Origin: the human T2T-CHM13v2.0 reference genome, Homo sapiens | Reading direction: 5' to 3' (one strand) | Assembly: GCF_009914755.1 (NCBI RefSeq) | Contig: NC_060938.1 | Length of the DNA stretch: 64,000 nt | Shown: one piece after another, positions 53,331-64,000 of the stretch | Layout of the letters: each line of letters starts with the position of its first letter | Numbering within the stretch: position 1 is the stretch's first letter | Position numbers and translations under genes: made by a program | Notes under the pieces: generated by a model | What the model was told of the DNA's origin: nothing | Database searches by the model: none | Seen by the model: only the letters and a program-made list of their open reading frames with translations

Positions 53331-54619
53331 ATGGATTCTTTGATCTCTGTAATGCTCATATGCATTGCAAGAAAAGCCCTAGGAAGAGATTCTATGAAAA
53401 AACATATGATAATTTAAGTGATTAAAAATCTAAGAATTATAGATTGGATTGGTTATACCTGTCAGACTTCAGCAAAGTGAATGCAAGCAGAAAAATTCCA
53501 AGTCATAGTCTCCCTGAGAGAAAACAGTCAGGAAACACGTATCCATGTTATGACTCCACCTCTAGAAGCCTGTAGCAGAAACAATAACATTAAATATTCA
53601 CGTACTCTTTCACGTTTCTCAGTCCACTTGCAGTTGAGGCCATGTGATGGCAACTTGCCAGAGGCTGATATGTGTAATCATAAAAACAGCTGTGATAGGG
53701 AGAGAAGTCTTTGTTAAAGATTATAAAGAAATAGAGATTAAGAACTCTTAATCAACATTCTATATTATAATAAGCATCCTCATTTTCCACCAGTGTTTTA
53801 TGGCGTTGGCCAAGTATGATAGGGCTATGAAATGAGTAAGCAGGGAGTTTGTATGGGGAAGAGGATATAGAGCTGTTGATAGGCAATCTTGCTACAACAG
53901 CAGGAACCTTATAGAGTCAATTGCTGAGTATTAAAATGGTTTACTGGGCATGGTATTCCACTGATGTTTTGGCCTTAGTTCATTATAAATCATGATAGTT
54001 TCATGGACATTGAGATGCTGCAGATATATTGCTAGGAAAACACCAATTTAACATACAAAATGCTACACTTTATTTATACTAAGATCAATATACCAATGTT
54101 CCTCCATTCCTCAAACAATTTATAGGTTGAAATATAACAGAAAAACAGAAAGATGACTCTTCTAAAAGTAACATGCTGGTACAATATATTAGAGATAACC
54201 AGTATCTTTAACCTCCAGCCTTATTTTTCAATGAGAAAACTTTGCTTCAGACTCAAGAACGTACATTATCAATGCAAACAATTGACAGTATCCTTTAGGC
54301 CTTTTATTTATTCCTTCATATTAATGAAGTAACTTATTTGATTGGTGAGATATGGAGATCTTCACGAGGTAGAAAAACCCTGTTAAGCTAAGCTGACTGC
54401 TGTCTGGGGTCAGTGTATTAAAAATATAATGTGTGTTTGTCTACTGATTTTTAAATAATTCTCTTTATTGCACTATTGATTTGTAAAACAGGCCTCAATC
54501 TTCTTTCATGGCTGAGTGTGCTATTTAGCACTCAACTGTCCCCACGGGTAGGTGGAAGTATCCTCAATTTGCTCTCAGTTCTAAGTCACAAGATCTAAAA
54601 CAATACTCAATAAATGTAC

Positions 54620-56025
54620 AGAAATAAGCAATGGGAAAAGGACTCTATTCGATAAATATTAATAGTACTTGGACAACTGTCTGCATATATACAGAAGAAT
54701 GAAACTAGACTTTTATCTTTCATCATATGAAAAAATTAACTCACAATGAATTAAAGATTTAAATGTAAAACCCCAAGCTATGAAAATCCTGGAAGACAGC
54801 CTAGGAAACACCAATCTGAACATCAGCCTTGACAAAGAATTTATGGTTAAGTCCTCAAAAGCAATTGCAACCAAACAAAAATGAGACCTAATTAAATGAA
54901 AGAACTTCTGCAAAACTAAAGAAATTATCAACAGAATTTCCATCAACAGACCCCCTACAGACTGGAAGAAAATATTTACAAACTAGGCATCTGACAAAGG
55001 TCTAATATCCAGAATCTAAAAGGAAGTAAAACTAATCAACAAATAAAAATCAAATAACCCCACTAAAAATGGGCAAAGGACATGAACAGACACTTCTCAA
55101 AAAAAGACATACAAATGGCTAACAAACTTCTGAAAAAATGCTCAACGTCACTAATCTTAATAGAAATGCAAATTAAAACTGCAATGAGATGTCAGTTCAC
55201 ACCAGTCAGGATGGCTATTATTTAAAAGTCAGAACAGATGCTGGTGAGGCTGCAGAGAAAAGGGAAGGCTTATACAATGTTGGTGAGAATGTAAATTAGT
55301 CCAGCCACTGTGGTAAGCAATTTGGAGATTTCTCAGGGAACTTAAACTAGAACAGCCATTTAACCCAGCAATCCCATTACTAGGCTGTATTAGGCAGGGT
55401 TCTCTAGAGGGACAGAACCAATAGGATATATGTATGTATAAAGGGGAGTTTATTAAGAAGAATTGACTCACACTATCACAAGGTGAAGTTCCACGATAGG
55501 CCATCTGCAAGCTGAGGAGCAAAGAAGCCAGTCCAAGTCCCAAAACCTCAAAATTAGGGAAACTGACAGTGCAGCTTTCAGTCTGTGGCTGAAGGCCTGA
55601 GAGCCCCTGGCAAACCACTGGTGTAACTCCAAGAGTTCAAAAGCTGAAGAACTTGGAGTCTGATGTTCCAGGGTAGGAAGCATTCAGTACGGGAGAAACA
55701 TGAAAGCTGGAAGACTCAGAGAGTCAGCTTCTGCCTTTTTCTGCCTGCTTTTTCTCGCCACGCTGACAGCCAATTAGATGGCGCCAACCCACAGTGTCGG
55801 TGACTCTTCCTGAGGATGGGTCTTCCTCTCCCAGTCCTCTGACTCAAATGTTAATCTATTCTGGTAACACCTAGAAACACCCAGATACCCGGAAACAATA
55901 CTTTGCATCCTCACACACTATTCACAACAGCAAAGACATGGAATTAACATAGGTTCCCATCAATGGTGGATTGGATAAAGAAAATGTGATACCTATATAA
56001 TATGTAATACTATACAGTCATAGAA
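54620..56025 (+). mobile_element. L1 (about PA15/16/PB) ORF2 C-terminal fragment, split by MLT2
   Basis: 'gggcaaaggacatgaacagacacttctcaaaa', 'ttaacccagcaatcccattacta'. Confidence 0.9.
55386..55911 (-). mobile_element. MLT2A/B-like LTR (ERVL), 5' end deleted
   Basis: 'tgtattaggcagggttctctagagggacagaaccaatagga', 'gaagaacttggagtctgatgttc', 'gaaacaatactttgcatcc'. Confidence 0.9.
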
Positions 56026-56470
56026 ACATTTCAGTTGTTTAAACTCTTTGACTACTATGAATACTGTTGCTATGAACATTTATGTATAAGTAGTTGCATT
56101 GCTTTTTCCTTATGTATGTATAAGTGTGTGGAGATTTGGTTTAACCTGGGGCGTATACCTATAAGTAGTAATGCAGGGTCATAACTGTTTTTCAAAGTGG
56201 CTATAACATTTTTACATTTCCATCGGTGAATGTAAATGTTTCCAATTTCTCCACAGTTTCACCAACACTTGTTATTGTCTGTCTTTGTGATTCCATTATA
56301 CTTTTCAAATGGGTGTAAAATAGTACCTCATTATGGTTTTGCTTTGCATTTCGCTAACAATAACAACGATGAGTATCTTTTCATGTGCTCATTACACACT
56401 TGTATATCTTTTTGGAGAAATGTCTATTCAAATCCTCTTCCCATTTTAAATTAGATTATTTATCTTTTCT
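56026..56470 (-). mobile_element. Old L1M ORF2-end fragment opposed to the preceding L1
   Basis: 'ctatgaatactgttgctatgaacatt', 'tttggagaaatgtctattcaaatcc'. Confidence 0.85.
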
Positions 56471-57338
56471 AACCTCTTACTATACTCACCCGGATGAGTG
56501 GATTATTTTGTTGGTGAGTAAGCTAAAACAAAGAACTGCACTATTGAATATAATTACACAAATCACAGATCTAACACACTTACACACTTATACTAACACA
56601 CATGTCTTTTCATGTGTATATTTGAAATTATTAGTGAAGCCTCATAGTGAGTAAGATCTATAATGTGGAAAGGAAGGAGTTGGGAAATACATGTTTTCTT
56701 AAGTTCTTATTTCCACATTGGAGACCCAAGGTAATATACATAGTCTCTAATAAGGTCTCATATCACTCACAGAAGAAGGAAAATTTAGGTAATAAAACAT
56801 TTTTATATCATCCCCTAGATGATCACCTATTTTTCTGTATTTTCCATGGATCCAGTTCTATAAGTTCATACATTGTAGGCTTGTTTAACATAAGCAATTC
56901 TGAATTAAGAACCTTTCACTAAAAAGTTCTTAAGATATGGCCTTACCTTTAATATCATTAGTCTATTTTCCAGGAAAGCTAGTAATTACCATGTTTGCAA
57001 AGCGTGTAGACCAGGTGGCCAGCTGCTTTTTAGAGGAGTGCCCCTGTCCCCCAGCCTAGATTATTGGGAAAGAACTGGATCTCAAATCAGCTATTTTAGC
57101 TGATTCTCCAAAGTGAATAACAGTCACTGGTCCACATTTGGATGAGTAGACCTAATTTCTTACATCTTAAGATTGTGTGTGTCTGTGTATGTGTGTACCT
57201 GTGGGGATAGCAGCAACATAGGAGTATGGATCTTTCTTTTCCTTTTTCACCTAGAACAAGTATGATTACCCTCCCTGGTTAAGTATGCCTGCTCTTGTTG
57301 TTAAATATTTCCTCAAGTGATCTGACCAAGATATAGAC

Positions 57339-57522
57339 TAGAGATTCTCAAATGATGTTCTCCAAAGCAGGTGCATCAGTACCACCTGAGGACCTGTCAG
57401 AAATGCAAATCCTGAGGCCTCATTCAGGCCTCTGAATCAGAAATTCTGGGGTCAAGCCCCAGTTACATGTGTTTTAAAGCCCTTTGTGTGTTCTCATGTA
57501 TGCCCTAGTTTGAAAACCACTG
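57339..57522 (+). mobile_element. MER5A (hAT-Charlie)
   Basis: 'gcatcagtaccacctgag...agaaatgcaaat...ctgaatcagaaattctgggg'; TIR end tttgaaaaccactg; TSD atatagac/gtctagac. Confidence 0.88.
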
Positions 57523-58065
57523 GTCTAGACTGTGAGAAAAGTTATTAGTAGTCTCATTAGCTAGTTTCCTCTGGCTCGCAATTTAAATCACCTTTATAGT
57601 TATTCCCAGTTTCCAATTTTGAATAATTCCTTTGGCTTTTAGTAATTTTGAAGCTAAAATGCCTCCAACAATTTGGGCTTATAAAAATATTATTGCTTCT
57701 CCACTTTGAATTGAAAAACAATTCTTATATGTTGAAATAATTCTGTTTTCCCATCCCTTATAGATATCAAGCTTTCAGTTCAGTCCTTACCTTGACACTT
57801 ATGTTTTTTTCTGAGAGTGTGTTTAATCTTAAGACTCAGAAAGAACAACTTTATGTCTAAGATGTACTTTTCAGTCTTTACTTCTTTAACTCTCAAATAA
57901 GGAATATAGCAATATTCTTTAGTACCAAATCTACTACTATTTCTATATTGTGCATGTCTAGTCAATATACTTGTGGTGATTTTAACCTTATTTGTATTAT
58001 TAATGTCCCTGTATTATCACGGTTTCCAGCAGCTTCATTTTTCTTCTTATATGAACATGATTTTT

Positions 58066-58270
58066 TTTATTATACTTTAAGTTTTAGGGTACATGTGCAC
58101 AATGTGCAGGTTAGTTACCTATGTATACATGTGACATGCTGGTGTGCTGCACCCACTAACTCGTCATCTAGCATTAGGTATATCTCCCAATGCTATCCCT
58201 CCCCCCTCCCCCCACCCCACAACAGTCCCCAGAGTGTGATGTTCCCCTTCCTGTGTCCATGTGTTCTCAT
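58066..58270 (-). mobile_element. Young L1 (L1PA2/3-like) 3' fragment with 16-bp TSD
   Basis: 'gcacccactaactcgtcatctagcattaggtatatctcccaatgc'; TSD tatgaa(c/t)atgattttt at 58050-58065 and 58271-58286. Confidence 0.93.
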
Positions 58271-61266
58271 TATGAATATGATTTTTAACATATGTGTTTT
58301 AAAATGTCTCCTCAGTCTACCACCTTTTAATGCTCAAAAATTCAACCTTGTATTGTCTATTTAACAAAATCTTTCTTTGTTTTCTTGAAACATAAAATTC
58401 TAAAATATTTTAAATTTTAATGCAACAGGAATTCAATCTTAAGGTTGACTTGAGTTCACCCTAATATTTCAAAATATGTGGAGAGTTTGGGGAGATATTA
58501 ATGATATGCATTTATTTGAGGGATCTCACTCTATTTGCCTAGCAAAAAAACCAAAACTTAGAGAATAAACCTAATGCTTATGTATAGAAAAATATGCCAG
58601 GGAAAAATTACTAGAGTAATATAAATTTTGCTGTATAAAAATATTGTATATATTTATTTTATATAGTAGTATAATATTAATTAAATCTGTTAGCATTTAT
58701 TGAAATATCCATTCTAAACTTAGAAAAATGACAAAATCCAAAATGTACAGTTTGCAAAGCAATAAACAAGAATAGAAAAGTAGAATAAAGAACACCAATT
58801 AAAGAGTAAGATCTTGGGTTTTTAACTTAAACTGCTTATAATAACCTACTTGCTTTGAAATACAATAGGTAACTTGGAAAAAAATGTAATATGTGTACAT
58901 ATACATAGAGAGAGGAGAAATATTCTACTGTAATAATTAAGTATTTTATGTGTATTTTTAAATTTTAAGAAGAAAAAGCATTTTATTTTGCTGTGGTGTT
59001 TACTCAAATTTGTTTTTATTTTTTCTTTTCATATGCATAGAAAACATGTTCCTTTTTGTAATAAAATTTTAAATCATATTTAATTTTTAAAAGCTTTATT
59101 GACACTACTTAAAATTAAAGTCAAAGCCGAAAGATAAGTTTCTACTTTATGCAAAGTTTCACAGATATTAAAAATAACAAGCATCAAGCTATGATACTGA
59201 CATTTTTGTTTTAAATTCAGCTAAAACCTGTAAGGAGTTATTTTTGACATTCTATTAAATTATTGTATTTATTCAACCAGAATAGTCAATGTGATGGTAA
59301 CTTTAACTCCTATTATTAATATCTTTTTCTTATTATCTTACTTTCTTCTGCTTTTTATTGCACATTTGTGAAAGTCAGGTTTAATTTATACTCTATCTTA
59401 GCATCATAGCAAAATCTACACACATGTAAGTGTCCTTGATTTTTACCAAACAAGGATTAGTGCCTATTATATTCTTGGGCTCAGCCTCATTCTTTCACAT
59501 GACAGTTTCAGTCCCGCTTAATCCTATTTTTTGAATCCAAATAAGATACTTTCATTTGATTTAGCACTTTATCCTCTAAAGTCACTTGGCTTAATGGGTC
59601 TAATTTTGACTTTTTAGTCATTTTATTCATAAATGTACCATCATGTTCATCATTTTATGAGGCTTATGATGAATTCAACCACAGATCACTGAAAATAAGG
59701 CACAGAGTCAGATAGCAGGCCACCTTATTAGCACTTTTTTCCAGACCAATAATCATGTTGCTATTTGAAATTTAGCAAATTGCTGTCATATCATCCATTT
59801 CCAGGCCTTTCTTTAAATGACCCTGTCAGATTATTTTGCTGCTAGGTTGAAGCCAACCATGATAATGCTGCCACATGTGAATTTTGGAAGTACACAGCTC
59901 TTTCTTCATACTATTGGAAAGAAAAGAGTATTTTGCCACCACCGTGCAATAGAGTGTTTTCTAAATTTATTAATTTTATTTTTTATTTGAAAAATAGGTC
60001 TTATGTAGCTGGGGACTTCTTTCAGATAGTAGCCAAGCTTAAATCATATTAAAATATACAATATGTTTCTGAAAGTTCCAGAAATCATTTTAAAATTTTC
60101 AATAATATTTCTCACCCCAAGTGAACATGTATATCTATGTGTGAAACTTAAGTGTGCTTAAAAAATTAAAACAACAACAACAACACACGTTATTGTATGC
60201 ACAGGTATTCAAAGGGACGTTATCTATCATAAAGATAAAATTACTTTCCCTGTATTTTTGAAGATTACAAAGGGAAATAATTGAGATTGTATTTCTCATA
60301 TTGCAAAATAAACTTTGCATTCCACTGAGTTTCAATGGTATAGATGGCAAATTTGCATTGGCATAAACTTTTTTTTTCCTCAGAATGAAGCAAATGGTAA
60401 ATTGTTTTCTTTAGATTAAATAGTGGTACTAAAGATGCCTTAAGTTTTGAGAAACAGAGTCATATTCGTGTCATCACAATTACAAGGTACTTTCTCTGAA
60501 ATTGCTTTGAGAAGTAAAGACAGAAACAAACATCAGACAATTTTTTTCCAGGTTACCACAGTAATTCTAGTAGCCCAACCACAATTCTAGTATATCAAGT
60601 AAAACCTTAATAATTTGTCTTTTAGAAATAGGCAAATAATGTTCCTGAATAATAGTCCCGCTTCTACCTCCATATATATAATTCTTGGCTAGCTAATTAT
60701 TTTTCTTTCCCTGTCTCGAAGAGTGGAAAATCCCTGGAATGGAATCTGATTGGTTTCCCGATCATAACTGTTTGTCTTAAATAGTGATCTCTCACATCAC
60801 ATCTTCTGGATATATTTAGCTAGACATTCATTCTTTGCTCAATTAACTGAGGCCAGAGTGAGAGAGCATTAAATTGAATAATTCCCATAAACAATTCAGA
60901 AATTAATATGGCCATGGCAATAAATAATAAAGCAGTTTCCTAGATGAGAATGAGTGGAGTTACTTGTAGACACCTCACTTACATATCTTTTACATCATTA
61001 TTTCCTTTAAGACGGGTGCAGTTTGATCACATTAGGGCTTATCATTTAATAATGTATCCTTGAAATCACTAAGTTCAAGAGGTAACTAAAATCCTTAGAG
61101 CAACATGAAGGTATGTGATGGGCCAAAAATCCTCAACCAAACAGCTTATACTTACCTATGAGTATTTTTTTTTTTTAATTTTAAAAGTCTCTTAAAATAG
61201 ATTTATTTCTCTCTCTAATCTACCTACTTGGCTTCAGTATTTCAAAATGAGTGTTATAACAAAAAT

Positions 61267-61856
<590 letters not shown>

Positions 61857-62379
61857 ATGTGTGGCTTTTTTGTACATTTTGTGACAATACTTGATGCCAC
61901 GTCTCCAACATAAGCAAAAGAATTTCTAGGCAAAGAGAAGGTCTAAGAAAAAAAGCAGGAAGCCCTTTGCAGGGTACTTCTATAGGTTCAGAAAGCCAGA
62001 CCTGAGACATGATCCCCAAGTTCCAGTGGGATGAGTATCAATATCTATTCTATTATGTATGTTAATTCATCCATATATACAGAGCTACTCAAATTAAGAG
62101 AAAAGGGTTTTGGGGACAAGTACCTATAATAACAGAAAAAACTTACATAAGCTATCTATATTAATCTAATCTAAATTAATTACGTTTGAAAGTAAATAGA
62201 ATAAAAGAGAAAAACTAAGATAAACTGAATGATTTATGTAAGAACCAGAATATGATTCTGGTAACAGAAGTTAAAAAATAATTGGCTTCTCCAGCAATAT
62301 TAAAAAAATGATAAAAGATAAGCGAGATGCTATGAGAGAAAATATCTGTTAGGTAAGACAAATCATATAAATTAATATA

Positions 62380-63320
62380 TAAATTTTGAAATTTAAAAAA
62401 ATATTGAAAGACCTGGGTTAGAAAATTTATGAAACCTTTCAAAACATTAAACAAAATTGCAAAGCTAAAACCTATGAAGAATAAGTTGACTGACAATAAA
62501 TAAGCTATGTGGTACAACATCATTATGCTGTAGTTCTGGAAAGACAAATAATGTATAGATGGAAATAATTATAGACAATTAAATAATATTTTTAAAAGTA
62601 ATCTTTTCTCATCCATTAAACTAACAAAAATCAGATTAGAATGTCTCATTCTTTTGGAGAAGCAGGCACTCTCACACATTGCTGATGGAAATGACGATTA
62701 TCTTTCTGAAGAGAAATTTGGCAGTATCTAAGAAAACATTTGCAACTGCCTTTTGACTTAGGAATCCTACTTCTAGGAATTTACTGTGGAGATATATTTT
62801 TAATATGAAAATACATGCACACAAAGTTACTCACTGGCATGTCATTTGTAATTGCAAAGTACTAGAAACAACCTGAATAGTCATACAAAGTAGAGTAGTG
62901 AAATCTGTTAAAAAACAATTTAGACAATCTATCTTTCTGAACTAATATGATGATTTTTGAGGTATATTATCAAATATAGAAAAGCAATGTGCAAACATTG
63001 CATATAGTACGAGACCTTTTGTGTAAGAAAGAAGAAGAAGAAAATATACAGTATTTATGTTTTCTTTTTTATTTTTTGGAGATGAAAAAAGAAGGAAAGG
63101 AAAGAAGAAAGGAAGGAAGAAGAAAATAGAGTAAGGAGAAGAAAGAAACAAAAACTAATAAGATTGTTGGTCTTATGTGTAGAAGTGGTAGCATGATTGG
63201 AAAAAGAAATAAAGTAAAAGAGATGATGGAGAATGATATTTAAAAAGTGCATTATTGTATAGTTATGCTTTTTAGAATAATGTAAATATTTCACATACTT
63301 AAAATTTAAAATATAAAGAA
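62380..63320 (+). mobile_element. Old L1ME-type ORF2 end and 3' UTR
   Basis: 'ggagaagcaggcactctcacacattgctgatgg', 'ttttgacttaggaatcctacttctaggaatttac'. Confidence 0.7.
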
Positions 63321-63349
63321 ACAATTGAAACTCAGCAAGTTGTGAAGTC

Positions 63350-63759
63350 TGTCTTAGTTTGCCAGGGCTGCTACAACAAAATATCACAGACTGGGTGGCC
63401 TAAACACAGAAACTTATTTTCTTATAGTTCTGGAAGCTGGAAGTACAAGATTGAGATGCTAGTGGGCTTGGTTTTTCCAGAGGTCTCTTTCTTTGGCTTG
63501 CAGACAGCTGCCTTCTCACAATGTCCTCATATGGGCTTTTCTGTGTACAGATGCTTCCTTGGTACCTTTATGTGTGTCCAAATTTTACCTTCTTATAAAG
63601 ACACCAGTCAAATTTAATTAGGGCCGACCTTACTGATCTAAATTTAACTTTAAAATCTCTTTAAAGGCCCTATCTCCAAATACAATCAAATTCTTAGGTG
63701 CTGAGAATTAGAGCTTCAACATATACATTTGGAGGGGTCACACCATTCACCCTATAACA
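63350..63759 (-). mobile_element. MLT1A/A0-like solo LTR
   Basis: 'tgtcttagtttgccagggctgctacaacaaaatatcacagactgggtggc' to 'attcaccctataaca'. Confidence 0.88.
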
Positions 63760-63869
63760 GGACTCACATTGATATAAATTAACAAATGAACAACATATTG
63801 AAAAAAATTGAATAAATAGCATAATTGCAATTAAAAAAGGATGGGGAAGAAAAGCATAAACAATTCTTG

Positions 63870-64000
63870 GGCCAGGCACGGTGGCTCATGCCTGTAATCC
63901 CCATACATTCGGAGGCCGAGGTGATGGCTTGAGCCCAGGAATTTGAGACCAGCCTGGAAAATATTGTGAAACCCTCTCTCCAACAAAAATACAAAAATTA
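63870..64000 (+). mobile_element. Alu (J-like) left arm running off the window
   Basis: 'ggccaggcacggtggctcatgcctgtaatcc...gcttgagcccaggaatttgagaccagcc'. Confidence 0.9.

Noticed and set aside
54491-54552. Possible micro-exon (aacag|gcctc...cacgg|gtaggt)
   Set aside because: Weak polypyrimidine tract and no recognisable coding content

Overview
AT-rich primate genomic DNA, probably hominoid given AluY and a young L1PA2/3-type insert. I found no host protein-coding exon, RNA gene or CpG island; the recognisable ORFs in the track are decayed L1, ERV, MaLR or Alu frames or microsatellite translations, and the rest are short AT-rich frames with no recognisable product. The centre (about 14.5-28.9 kb) is a nest of LTR elements: MLT1 and MST LTRs, a gammaretrovirus-like gag, a MER4 provirus with an Arg-tRNA PBS, and a minus-strand HERV-FRD-like (MER50-int) provirus split by a full THE1D element that carries two Alus. 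That provirus holds a dead but clearly readable paralog of the syncytin-2 SU region. A second theme is repeated template-switch scars: a 107-bp inverted copy of a neighbouring Alu boxed by 24-bp inverted repeats, a perfect 26-bp hairpin inside an L1, back-to-back hairpins, and a tail-to-tail Alu pair with almost no spacer. I see no convincing evidence of a new functional system. Family names come from my recall of consensus sequences, not from searches, and the boundaries of old elements are approximate.
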